From the human T2T-CHM13v2.0 reference genome, Homo sapiens: a DNA stretch of 64,000 nucleotides. A model generated the notes under the pieces. It searched no databases, was not told the origin of the DNA, and worked only from the letters and a program-made list of their open reading frames with translations. The stretch lies in the NCBI RefSeq assembly GCF_009914755.1, contig NC_060943.1, one strand, 5' to 3'. Below, piece by piece: positions 1-28,619 of the stretch (the stretch's first letter is position 1; every line of letters begins with the position of its first letter). Position numbers and translations under genes: made by a program.

Positions 1-936
<936 letters not shown>

Positions 937-1196
937 TCAGAGCCGCGCCCGACACACAGGGTCTAACAGCCCTGAGCACCTCGCAAGGCAGCGGCGGATC
1001 TAAGTCCCCAGTGAGGTGCTCACACAGGGACCGGCCGTGCCGAGCCCATCAGCAAGAGACACAAAGCTGGGCACGACACGTGGCCCTCCTTGCTGGGCAG
1101 CTGCCACCTGGGTACCTAGGGCGGCTGGAGCCCTCCACCCTCCTCCCTCCCAGTTACCACCTGCAAAACCCGCCCCCATCCTCCTCTTAGCGGGCC

Positions 1197-1376
1197 AGAC
1201 TCCCGCCCAGGCCCCACCTGCTACACGGCCACGACCCAAGGAGACTCCCGCCCAGGCCCCTCCCGCTACACGGCCACGACCCAAGAAGACTCCCGCCCAG
1301 GCCCCTCCCGCTACACGGCCACGACCCAAGAAGACTCCCGCCCAGGTCCCTCCTGCTACACGGCCATGACCCAAGA
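1197..1376. repeat. Minisatellite, 4 x 45 bp, AP3D1 intron 4
   Basis: Units agactcccgcccaggcccc...acgacccaag start at 1197, 1242, 1287 and 1332. Confidence 0.93.
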
Positions 1377-2268
1377 GCCCCACGGCATCTAGGGCGCATG
1401 TCGCCCGCGGCCCAGGCGGGACGCCCAGCTCTATAACCTTGCCCACAACGGTGAGCCCAGCAGAGCCAACAGTCCCAGGACCTGCACCACACCCTGTGCC
1501 GGACATCAGTCACAGCCAGTGCCCCCACACCTGTCCCTCGGCGTGCTGGGAGCCCCCAGCCCAGGACTTCAGGTCACACTGTGGGGTCGACAACACAGCC
1601 ACAGGGTCCCGCCCTTGCACATGGACATTGGAGAGCCGGGACCGTGGCCTCTGACGTGCGGTCTGGGGCCAGAAAGGGGCCAGCTGCCCATGAAAAGGGT
1701 GGGCCTGATTCTCCAACACCCCAACCCCTCTATTGAGAGGCGGGAACCAAAGGTGTTCAGAGCTCGGGGCCAACAAGGACCTTTACTACTACCCAGTGGC
1801 CTCCGTGACCATTTCAAAATGCAACATTTACATGGTGCTGAAAAATGCACCTCGTGGGACTCAAAAAAAGCCGCGGGCAGGAAGCACCCCACATGGGCAG
1901 GGAAGGGCCCACAGCTACACCAGGCACTACCATGAGGGGAGAAGGGAAGAAAGTGGGTGACTGCAGAGGCCAGCTGCGAGTGGACCCTGGAGCCCCATTC
2001 GCCGGCCCCTCCAGGTGGTGAGCGAGGGAAGGGGGCACCGCACCACTCAGCATCCCTCCACCTCACAAGCCCACCAGGGAGCGCAGGCTCAGACCCGCCG
2101 GGCCTCCTCTCTGCGTCTGCTGGGAGGACTGTGGCTCCGGAAGCCCCGCTCGCACTCAAGGGGGCCACAGGCACCTGCTGCCCACAGGAAGACGCGTGTG
2201 GGAACCAGACGCTCCGGCAAGGGCAGACTGCACTCAGCACAGAGCGGCCCCGGCCCGGGAACACCCAC

Positions 2269-2349
2269 CTTACGGATCTGATTGGTGGTCAGCATGATGA
2301 CGTCGGTGCCTTCGTGAAAGCTCTGGGAAGCAGCGAGGTAGCCAATTCG
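2269..2349 (-). CDS. AP3D1: AP3D1 exon 4 ([27 protein letters not shown]); gene continues beyond position 1
   Basis: Acceptor ctctcccag|CGA and donor AAG|gtgggt. 81 nt. Contains the adaptin K-R-I-G-Y-L motif. Confidence 0.96.
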
Positions 2350-2511
2350 CTGGGAGAGAACAGATGAGCACATCAGAGGCAGGACACCCGCAGCCTCCAG
2401 GAGCTCCAGCTCTGCTCTGCAGCGACCACACCAGGCAGCGCCAGCCCAGAAGCAACACCCTGCAGCCTGGACGCTGGGGCCACCAGCAAGTGGGAACCAA
2501 CCCGCATTTGA

Positions 2512-2703
<192 letters not shown>

Positions 2704-2984
2704 TAGGATTATAGCCGCGTGCGCCACCACGCCCCACTAAATTTTGTATTTTTGGTAGAGATGGGGTTTCACCATGTTGGCCAGCCTGGTCTCCAACTCC
2801 CAACCTCAGGTGATCCGCCTGTCTCAGCCTCCCAAAGTGCTGGGATTACAGGCCACTGAATCCACCTTGGGTAACAGAGCTAGACTCTGTCTCAAGAATA
2901 ATAATAATAAAAATTGGCCAGTCACGGTGCCTCACACCTGTAATCACTCCCCACCCCACCAGCCTTGCCGTCCCAGAACCTCAC

Positions 2985-3065
2985 CTTGAAGGTGAACTTG
3001 GAGGCACTCATCACTTCTATGATGTTGAAGGCGGCCCAGCTGATGTCGTATCCCAACATCTGTAA
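2985..3065 (-). CDS. AP3D1: AP3D1 exon 3 (LQMLGYDISWAAFNIIEVMSASKFTFK)
   Basis: Acceptor aacag|TTA and donor AAG|gtgagg. 81 nt, phase 0/0. Confidence 0.96.
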
Positions 3066-3876
3066 CTGTTAAGGGACGCACAGGAAATTGCACTCACAAG
3101 CCAAAGCAGAGAGAAAGGTTTTGAGCCGTGGCATCAAGCGCTCCCTCCCAGCACACGGTGCTGGAACAGACTCATTCACTGTCAGCAAACCACCCAATAC
3201 GTACCCCTGGGGCCTTTAATTTCTTCTTTTGACAAACGACTCTGACATTTAAAAGCTACAGGGACAAGTTAGTAACAGGCACTAAAAAGAGACTCAATGC
3301 CTGCAATTGGTTAACTGGCGCTTACGGGTACTGGCTACATTCCCCTACCAACCCTTGGCGAATCGGCTCCTTGAAATAGTTACGAGACGAGCAGCAGCAT
3401 GGGGGACCCTGGACGAGCCCTTTGTCTCGTCCTCCCACGGGGAAACGGGCCAGAGGGAGGAGTGCCTGTCCCCAGCTCACGCACTGACCTGGAACTGCAG
3501 CCAGGAAAGGAGCCAGCCCTGGAAGGTCCAGGGCCCTAGCTCTCCCCACTAGGTGTCCTGGCCCAGCCTGTGGTGGGAGGGAGCCGAGACTGCAGGCGAG
3601 GGGCGTCCCCAGTGAATCCCACCCAGAAGAGGACCCCATGGGGCTCCCTCAGGGCTACCACCAGGGCCTGTGGGTTGCCACCCTCTGGCCTGTTTGCCAG
3701 CCATGTGACCAACATGGCTTTCTGCTCCAGGACTCTGGGTTGGCCCTGAGTGGCTCACCGACAGCGGGTGGTACCAATGACTGACAGGTGGACAGACAGG
3801 CTGATGAATAGGGGACACGTGCTGAGTGGAGAAGCAGCCCGACAGTGCTGGGCGCTGGCCACTGGGAGGCACTTAC

Positions 3877-3972
3877 ATACGTCAGCTTGCAGACCGCGTT
3901 CGCCTTCACCGCGATGTTGTCCTGCTTCAGCTCCTGCTTGATCTCATCAATGCACTGAGATATGTATTTTGC
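3877..3972 (-). CDS. AP3D1: AP3D1 exon 2 (AKYISQCIDEIKQELKQDNIAVKANAVCKLTY)
   Basis: Acceptor attatag|GCA and donor TAT|gtaagt. 96 nt, phase 0/0, continues the adaptin N-terminal frame. Confidence 0.96.
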
Positions 3973-4342
3973 CTATAATGGGGGATAAACACAGAGATTA
4001 CAAACATCCAGCTAAGAGGGCTGGAATAATGATTTCGGGCCAGGCACAGTGGCTCACGCCTGTAATCCCAGCACTTTGGGAGGCCGAGGCAGGCAGATCA
4101 CGAGGTTGGGAGTTTGAGATCATCCTGGCCAACATGGTGAAACCCCGCCTCTACTAAAAATACAAAAATTAGCTGGGCGTGGTGGCGGGCGCCTGTAATC
4201 CCAGCTACTCAGGAGGCTAAGGCAGGAGAATCGTTTAAACCTGGGAGGCAGAGGTTGCACTGAGCCAAGATGACACCACTGCATTCCAGCCCAGGTGAGA
4301 GAGCCAGACTCCGTCTCAAAAAAAAAAAAAAAAAAAAAAAAA

Positions 4343-4560
4343 GGAAAGAAGCCAGGCATAAGAGAGAGCACACCGTGTAATCCATTTCTATGAAATGTCC
4401 AGATCAGGCCAATCCAGAGACAGGAAGGGGATTCGTGGGTGCCACAGGCTGGGAGAGGAGACGGGAGGGTTCGCTTTCTTTCTAGGCTGATAATGTTCTG
4501 GAACTTGGCCGTGGTGGTGGCGCACAGCATTCCGCTATACACGCCCCACCGTTTGCCAAC
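4343..4560 (+). mobile_element. Ancient L1M 3'-end fragment; similar relics at about 5270-5720, 10180-10360 and 11160-11565
   Basis: gaaagaagccag...atccatttctatgaaatgtccaga...gataatgttctggaact, typical of L1MB/ME 3' UTR. Confidence 0.65.
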
Positions 4561-5736
4561 TCCTTGGTGGACGAACATGTGGGGCCTTCCCACCTTCAGC
4601 CAGGGTGACTCTCGCTGCTGTGAAAACCACACTCAGGTTTTGAGGGGATGTGTCTGGTGTGTCTGGATCCCCCTGGGCCTGCTCACTAACTGCGCGTGTC
4701 TCCAGAACACCATCAAGGACAATTCTGACCCAAGCGAACTCAGGCACGAGGTCCAGAATGGCAGACAAGGTTCCCAAGGGACAGGCAGACGTGAGGCGCC
4801 CAACATAGCACCAGAGACAAGCCGAGTCGATGCCATGCTGGCCCCAGAGACAACCCACCCCACCTGGAAGGAGAGGAGGGAGCAGCAGAGGCTTGGAGTG
4901 CCTCCATCAGTGAACGATGAGGCACCCACAAGCCCTCCTAATGCACAGGAGCCCCTCTCCATCATCCGACAGGTCAGGAGTGACGGCTGCCCGGGCCCCG
5001 TCCTGCCAGCCCCTACGTCGGGATGCAATGTTCCTCCTGCTGTGCCCACCAGAGGCAAGGATGGCAAGCCCACCCCATCACGCTTCTGTCCTCAGCCCCA
5101 CTGTAGCTGGCCTCGAAGCAGCCCCAGGAGTACCCACCACTCATGTGTCACCCAGGACCACACCCCAACCTCGGCTGCCAGCTGCACCGGGCTGGGGAAG
5201 GAGACACAGCTGTGGGGGAGTGGGGGGGTGGGGGAGGGCACAGACACATAATATTTTCCTCCATGTTTTATGATCCAACTTTGTACAATGGAAAGAGTGC
5301 CACCCGATCCTCCAGACGGGCTTCAAATTACTACACCTCACCCCAGGACTGTGCTCCCATCCCCGGAGCAAGGATAACCCACTCCTCCTGCTCAAAGGGT
5401 CAGGACTGTTGATTTAAAAGGAAAAGAACAAAAAGACCATCCCAGGCGTGGAGAGGTCAGACCCTCACGAGGGCAAAGGGGATGTCAAACGGCGCGGCTG
5501 CTGTGGAAAGCAGCCTGGGGTTCCTCCACGGTTCCATGTGGAGTTACCGCCCCAGCAATTCCACTTCTGGGCGTGCACCCGAGGGGATGGAAAACAGGTG
5601 TCCAAACAAAAACAAGCACACGAACACACATGGCAGCACCATTTCTAGTGGCCTGAAACAGGAACAGCCCCCACGCTCGCCGCTGATGAATGGATACACA
5701 CCATGTGGTGGGTCTGCTCCAGTCAACTTGCTTGAC

Positions 5737-10213
<4,477 letters not shown>

Positions 10214-10644
10214 TCAGTGGTCGCCAGGGCATAGGCTTCTCTGTTCTGAACGTATTGTGCTGAATCACTGCACGTTTGTAAATATACTGAAATCTACTTC
10301 ATTTCATGCCTAGAACAGGCAGATTTTGTGGCATGTAAATTATATCTCAACTGTTCAAAGAAAGGAACCACCTTGGCTCAGCAGCATCACAGGACAGGAC
10401 AAAACACCAGGAAGGACGTGAGGCTCCATCTGGACCGCAGCTCCCTGAGGGCTGGAGGCCTGGGCAGAGCAGAGGAGGGTCCTCAGGCCCCAGTCACAGA
10501 TGAGCAGGAGCATTAGGGACCACTCAGCACAGAGTGGGCCACATGGTGGATGCCCAGCAGGCCACCCGGGGTCCCCGCATCCCTCCGCCTGTCTCACTGC
10601 CACGTGGACAAATCAGCCACCAGCCAGTCCAAGAACTCCTAAGG

Positions 10645-10835
10645 CAGTGGTTCCCAGCAGGTGACTCTGCCCCTCCAGGGGACACTGGGCGATGTACGCA
10701 GCATCTGTGGTTGCCACGACTTGCAGAGATCTAGGCATGGAGTGGGTGGAGGCCGGGTACGCTGCTCAGTGCCCTGCAGTGCCCCAACACCCCCACCCCA
10801 AGAACAATCCAGCCTGATGTCCACAGTGCCACGGC
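10645..10835 (+). mobile_element. MER20 (hAT-Charlie) copy; further copies at about 12055-12260 (+), 26020-26215 (-), 36657-36830 (+) and 54080-54200 (-)
   Basis: cagtggttc...caggggacac...ggcatggagtgggtggaggcc...gctgctcag matches MER20 architecture. Confidence 0.75.
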
Positions 10836-11503
10836 TGGGCCAGAGCACACCCAGGGCTGGCGTCGCCGCTCCTGCCCTCTGGTCTTCCTGGCTCTCCAAA
10901 GCTCAACGCAAGTGAGCATCACCCAGAAGCTGGTTACAAGGGCAGAACTCACCCCCACCCACATGCCCCTCCAGGACCCACATGCCTCGGCCTTGAAGCC
11001 ACCTCCACACACACACACCAAGCCTTCTGCCCAGAGATTGCCTTTTGAAAACCCCTGCAAAGGAGTAAAATAGACAAAGAGGCCCAAGCCTCTTTGAAGA
11101 GAGAGCTTCAGGAAGAACGCAAGCGGCTAAACGCCTGTGAATGAGTGAACCGCACTCATAAGCAGGGCAGCTGACACTACAGCTGCACCCCCCAAACACC
11201 CCAGCCCTGCTGGTGGTGCGGGAGGCGAGGCTGCGGCTTTCATGCTTGCTGCTGGGAGAAGCTCTGTGGGGAGCGGGCGCTTTCCTGAGGGCCTCTACGG
11301 CTTGAGTCCATTCATAAAACGACCCCACATGGAAACCACCCACATGTCCGACTATGTATGGAAGCTGTGTGTAAACAACAGAGCACAGCCACCCACGTCA
11401 AGGACCGAGGACAGCTCCCTCCCCACCATGACGGCTGCAAAGCACACACACCTTAGGCAATCACGCCTATGGTTCAGGGACACAAATTTAAGTGATAAAA
11501 CTA

Positions 11504-14805
<3,302 letters not shown>

Positions 14806-15949
14806 GTTTCCACCACCAAGACCCCCTTGAAGGGGCCCAGACTTGTGGGGAAGGCGCTATCAACTCACACCAATTCCAAAGGAAGAAAACCAGGCTCAGG
14901 GGCTTCCCAGTGAAGACAGGCACATCCCCCTGAAAACCACGCCCCAGACTAGAGGTGTGGTCCTCCACTGGACAGACCCCCTGGCCCATCGTCAGGGTCC
15001 CAGAACAGGCTGCTCAGTGACATGCGCTGAAGGGAGCAGGGACGGGCGCTGGGAGATCCTGCCTGTGCAGAAAAAGTCCTCTCGGGAAGTGAACCACATT
15101 TCCAATCTGAACCAAGCTCAGTAAAAACCAGGCCCATCAGCGATGCTTTCAACTCACAAAGAATCTGAACATTACTCCAGTTAGTTACACGTTGTAACCA
15201 AAGCAGTTAGGGAGAGCTTCTGAGATGAAGAAAACCAAGGAGGCCGAAGGGAAGTGGGGTGGAGAAGAACAAAAATGACCTCATTAAGGTGGGGGCAGGC
15301 GAAGCCACACCACTTCCAGGAAAGTGTAAAGGTGTAACAATACGGCAAGAGCTCGGGTTCCCAGAGAGAGGGACATGGGCTGAGGGACATGGTGCCAGGA
15401 AGCAAGTCCCTTAACTTCCCTGCCCTCCTGGGCACCTCGTCCTGGACACAGCCTCTGGTACTGGGACTGGTGCGGTATCAGACGGCGGCTCTCTTTCAGG
15501 CCTGCCTTGCTGTCCACGCAGGGAAGCAGGCAGGCAGTCGCTCAAGTAGGACACTTTCTAAGGCTCCCACTGCCCAAGGGCTGCACGGGTATCCTTAATG
15601 AAGCCAGACACGTGGTGGCCACTCTGCCCATTCTTCTTCAATCTAGGTCACAGGTTGGGGGAAGGGAGGAGCGGGAAGGAAACGATCCCCACGGTTGTAA
15701 TTTTACTTCTGGAAAACTATTTCCTCGCCCTGGCTTTCAGGTTCCTACTTGAAGTCAGCTTCCCCATTCCAGCTTCCCGCAAGCTGCTACCTCACTGGGG
15801 ATCAGGATGCCGCTGTCCTTCCTCCCTCCTGGCAGCAGCCCCACCTTCCTGGGAACGGGGGCACTGGAGGCAACGCCCCAAGACCCTGCCTGGTTCCGAG
15901 CCAGGCCTCAGGGAGCGACCTGGACACGCATTTACACGACCCAGAAGGA

Positions 15950-17250
15950 AGAAGGAGTTTCTCCAGGGACGGCCCAGGACCCCCTGCCTCGGTCTCCCGG
16001 GGAGGGTCCGGGGGCGGGGCCCGGGCCCCTGCATTTTTAATCGGTGATTCGGAAACACACTCAGGTTGAAGAAGCTCTGCCCAGAGACCTCGCAAGTCTC
16101 CTGGGAGGGTGGCCCGAGACGGGGGCAGGTGGGCCCGAATCTCCCTCTGAGAGAGTAAACTGAGGGTCCAGGGGGAGGGCACCTATAGGCGGGGCCCAGG
16201 GCATTGCATTTTGAACAGCGCTTCCCCCAGGTGATCCGATGAGGCGAGGATCCGAGATGTGCTGCTCCAAGGCCTTCGCCCCTCGTGGGGAAACTGATGC
16301 TGGGGGACCGAGGAGGTGGGCGGCGCCCCAGGCCCAGGCCAGGCAGGGCCGGAGCCCTAAGCGGGACCTCCAACTAAGACAGAGCCCGGGCGGGCGGCAG
16401 GCCGAGCAGGCCCAGTGAGCAGGGCTGGGCCCTGGGCCGGGGCTGTGACCAGGCCGAGCAGCCCCTTGGCGCGCCGGGCTCACCTCGTCCTCCTTGTGGT
16501 TACGGATGCCGCGGACCAAGTCCTGCAGATTCTTGTCGAACATGCGGTCGATGCTGCCCTTCACCATCTTGAGGGCCATCGCGGCGGCCCACGGGCTTTT
16601 GCCTCGGGAGGCCCGCGGCTGGGCGCCGTGAGGGGGCCCGGGGCCCGTGCCTGCCGCCCGCGGAGCGCCGCGCTGCCGGCCGCTGCGGCGGGGCAAGCTC
16701 CCAGGCCAGGGCGGCGGCGGGGTCCAAGGACCGCGGCAGAGGCGGCGACCCGCTCGGCAGGTGCCGCGATCCCGCTCCGGGCCCCTTGCAAATGGCGGAC
16801 AAGATGGCGGCGGGTCAGCTGACGACGAGCGCCCGGTCCCAGCCGAGCCGGCCCCGGAAGCCCCGCCTCCCAGAAAGCCCCGCCCCGCCACCTCCCCGGC
16901 AGGGAGACGCTGCGTTTCCCTGACGACGACAGGTAGTCCAATGGAAATGTGGCACCTCTTTCTCCTGCGCGCGGCCCCGCCTTTTCCGGCCCCAAAACTT
17001 GCGCTCTCATTGGTCAGTGGCCTCCGGAACTCCGCCTTCTTCCTAGTTCTGAGCCCTAGCCACGCCCCTTAGAGGCTGGTCCTGACCCTCCCACCAGCTG
17101 ACAGGTGTGAGCGTGGCTGGATGTGGGCGGGGCGCCCACGTGGAGCTTAGCCGGCAAGTTCCCGAGGAAGACTGGAGCTCCGCCTTTCCTGAATGTAATA
17201 GCTGACGCGGCCTGAGAGCCTCCAAACCCAACTCCTGGGTGGGTGGGGGA
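15950..17250 (-). promoter_or_regulatory. AP3D1: AP3D1 CpG-island promoter (no TATA box seen)
   Basis: High GC and CpG content. Tandem YY1-type motifs CAAATGGCGG (16789-16798) and AAGATGGCGG (16801-16810), ETS CCGGAAG (16854-16860), GC boxes at about 16861-16890, CCAAT (16938-16942) and ATTGG (17009-17013). Confidence 0.85.
16484..16579 (-). CDS. AP3D1: AP-3 complex subunit delta-1, coding exon 1 (MALKMVKGSIDRMFDKNLQDLVRGIRNHKEDE)
   Basis: ATG in gccgcgATGG context. 96 nt, followed by donor GAG|gtgagc. Translation matches the delta-adaptin N-terminus. Lies in a CpG island. Confidence 0.97.
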
Positions 17251-17354
17251 ACGGATCCTGTGGTTCCCGCAGCCTCACAACATCCTGTGAAATGGGCAAG
17301 ACAGACATTAACATGCCCACAGGAAGAAAATGAGGCCAGAGACAGGACTACGAC

Positions 17355-21502
<4,148 letters not shown>

Positions 21503-21549
21503 TCATCAGTCCTAGCTCCAGCCCGAATCAGTTACCTTGTCCCCAAATT

Positions 21550-23020
<1,471 letters not shown>

Positions 23021-23241
23021 ACTTTGGCAAGGAGCAGGAATGGAGAACAAAGCTGTAGGCAGCAGCAGGATTGGGGAAAAGTGATCCAGGCAGATGTCAG
23101 GACAAATGGAAGAGCTTGCTCAAGTTTGTCATGTGGAGGAGCAGAGAGGAGACTGGCAAGGATAGTGGTGATGGAGGAAATTGAGCTTGATGGGTTGATA
23201 AAGGACACATTAGACATCATTCTACAGAAGCATTCATTTAG

Positions 23242-23481
<240 letters not shown>

Positions 23482-23999
23482 TAGTAGAGACGGGGTTTCA
23501 CCACATTAGCCAGGATGGTCTCGATCTCCTGACCTTGTGATCCGCCCACCTCGGCCTCCCAAAGTGCTGGGATTACAGGCATGAGCCAACGTGCTCGACC
23601 TGTTTTTTTTTTTTTTTTAGAGATAGGGTCTTGCTCTGTTCCCTGGGTTGTAGTGGAGTGGCACCATCTGAGCTCACTGCAGCCTCAACTCCTGGGCTCA
23701 AGCAGGGGCCCAGCTACTTTTTGTGTATTTTTTGTAGATAATGGGTCTCACTATATTGCCCAGGCTGATCTAGAACTCCTGGCCTCAAGTTGTCCTCCCA
23801 CCTTGGCCTCCCAAAGTGCTAGGATTACAAGCCTGAGCCACCGATCCCAGCTCTTTTTTTTTTTTTTGAGATGGAGATTCGCTCTTGTCACCCAGGCTGG
23901 AGTGCAACGGCGCAATCCGCTTACTGCAACCTCCGCCTCCCAGGTTCAAACGATTCTCTTGCCTCAGCTTCCCTAGGAGCCACCACCACACCCAGCATG

Positions 24000-25420
<1,421 letters not shown>

Positions 25421-26400
25421 ACCTGTAACAGGAACTATGGGAATGACCAGAGGAAATGGCTCAGGAAAGAGATGTACAAAAGTGGGAGGAGGCCAGGTGT
25501 GGTGGCTCAAGCCTGTAATCCCAGCACCTTGGGAGACCAAAGCAGGGTGGATAGCCTGAGGTCAGGAGTTCGAGACCAGCCTAGCCAACATGGTGAAACC
25601 CCATCTCTACTAAAAATACAAAAATCAGCCGGGAGTGGTGGCGCATGCCTGTAATCCCCGCTACTCGGGAGGCTGAGGCAGGAGAATCGAATCGCTTGAA
25701 ACCAGGAGGCGGGGGTTGCAGTAAGCCAAGATCACACCATTGCACTTTAGCCTAATGACAGAGCTAGACTCCTCCGTCTCAAAAAAAAAAAAGTGGGCGG
25801 AGATACAGGTTGCCACACCTGGAGTCCAGTCCATCCTCCACCAGCTCCCAGTAGCCTATGGGAGGGGCACAGGCATTGGTCCATTCATCCCCAAAGTGTG
25901 TCTTAGCCCGGATAACCTGTACTCAGTGATCCTGAGGATATAGATAGAGTGCCTGCCTACACAGGATTCTGGAGAAATCAACTGTTCAGAATAATGTTAG
26001 ACCAGGATCTCTCCCCTGGAGAACCACGGACATCAGGGCCAGATTGTTCTCTGGGGTGGGCTATCCTGGGCACTGCAGGGTGGTAAGCAGCGTCCGTGGC
26101 CTCCACCCACTCCATGCCAGGAGCTTCCTTGCACCTTAGCTGTGACAATCACAAATGTTCCCAGACATCGCCCAGTGTTTCCTGGGTGCAGAATCACCCC
26201 TGGTTGAGACCGCCTGGGTAAGGGATTCCAAGAGCCCCCAAGAGACTGCATCCCATGATCCACCACCCTGCTGAGGTCCCAGGAGGCTGCCCACATTGAA
26301 ATCCACACCCTGAGTGGGTAGGGAGAGAGAGGAGGTGAGTCCTAGGACCCCCAGGGTCCTCCTGGTTTACACTGTCTGGCCCATCAGGAGCTTCTCCTAG

Positions 26401-26722
<322 letters not shown>

Positions 26723-28159
26723 TAAAAATGACTTGCATTCCTTAGATAAAAGTTCTTTTTTTTTCCACAAGGAAAATAATGTCAAGGTCAAAATAAGTAT
26801 GTAGAGATGAATCTCTAAAGTTAATGTTTTATTTGGCAAGAAAGAATTGGAATTTGAGGCATACATGCAGACCAAAGAGGAGTCTGGGGTTTTATAGAAA
26901 AAGAGGAGTGTGGCTGGGCATGATGGTTTATGCCTGTAATCCCAGCACTTAGGAAGGCTGAGGTGGGAATATAACTTGAGATCAAGAGTTCGAGACCAGC
27001 CTGGCCAACATGGCGAGACCCTATCTCTACTAAAAATACAAAAATTAGCTGGGCACAATAGTGGGCACTTAGAATCCCAGCTACTTGGGAGGCTGAGGCG
27101 GGAGAATCGCTGGAACCTAGGAGGCGCTGGTTGTAGTGACTGGAGATCCCAGTCACTACTCCAGCCTAGGCGAGAGTAAGACTATGTCAATAAATAAATA
27201 AATAAATAAATAAAAAGACCAGCCTGGGTTACATAGCAGGACCGCATCTTTCCAACAACAAAGAAAAAGCCCATTGAGTTTTTTTTTTTTTTTTTTTTGA
27301 GACACAGTCTCACTCTGTCGCCCAGGCTGGAGTGCAGTGGCACGATCTCGGGTCACTGCAGCCTCTGCCTCCCGGACTCAAGTGATTTCTCCTGCCTCAG
27401 CCTCATGAGTAGCTGGGACTACAGGCACGAGTCACCACGCCCGGCTAATTTTTTGTATTTTTAGTAGAGACGGGGTTTCACCATGTTAGCCAGGATGGTC
27501 TCGATCTCCTGACCTCGTGATCCACCCGCCTCGGCCTCCCAAAGTGTTGGGATTACAAGCGTGAGCCACCGCACCCGGCCCCTGTTGAGATCTTGATCAA
27601 CACTAAAGGGGCCGGGTGCGGTGGCTGATGCCTATAAATCTCCGAATTTCGAATTTCGGGAGGCTGAGGAGGGCGGATCACTTGAGTTTGAGATTAGGAG
27701 TTAGAGACCAGCCTGGCCAACATGGCGGAAATGCATCTCTACTAAAACTACAAAAATTAACCGGGCGTGGTGACTCGTGCCTGTAGTCCCAGCTACTCGG
27801 GAGGCTGAGGCAGGAGAAATCTCTTGAGCCTGGGAGGCAGAGGATGCAGTGACCCGAGATCGTGCCACTGCACTCCAGCCTGGGCGACAGAGCGAGACTG
27901 TGTGTCAAAAAACAAACCCCCCCACTCAAAAAAAAAACCCCAAAAAACAGTACAAGGCACTTGTACTTGACACTGAAAGGCTTTAATCACCAGGGGCTGT
28001 GGCAGTGACTGCGGGACTCTATTGCTGAGAGGAGGAAAGCATCGGAGGTCAAGTGACTCTCCCAACGTCACCCAGCAGGGAAGGGGTGGGGCAGGGCTGG
28101 AATCTGGCTGGGCAGGGAGGGTGTTGGTGTCCCCCGGGGACTTGGGGAGGTGCTGGTGG

Positions 28160-28300
28160 TGAAACCGCCTTTGCAAAATTATGACTGAGACAGTTAAAGA
28201 GATCTAACTTCACCGACTCCCTCTTCCTTCTAACCTCCAAGCTGTCCTTGTTCATCCCTGGGCATAGGCTGAACTAACTTTGGGAGAAACTTATAGTTTA
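28160..28300 (+). mobile_element. ERV1 LTR8-like 5' fragment
   Basis: Starts TGAAACCGCCTTTGCAAAATTATGACTGAGACAG, the recalled LTR8 5' end. Confidence 0.75.
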
Positions 28301-28318
28301 ATTAAATTAATTAATTAA

Positions 28319-28619
<301 letters not shown>

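Noticed and set aside
1000-1528. Repeat-peptide ORFs on both strands
   Set aside because: A by-product of the 45-bp minisatellite, with no splice or start support.
16580-16891. Open frame upstream of the AP3D1 ATG with an in-frame ACG at 16648 (possible N-terminal extension)
   Set aside because: Stop-free frames are expected in a very GC-rich UTR. There is no independent evidence without Ribo-seq.
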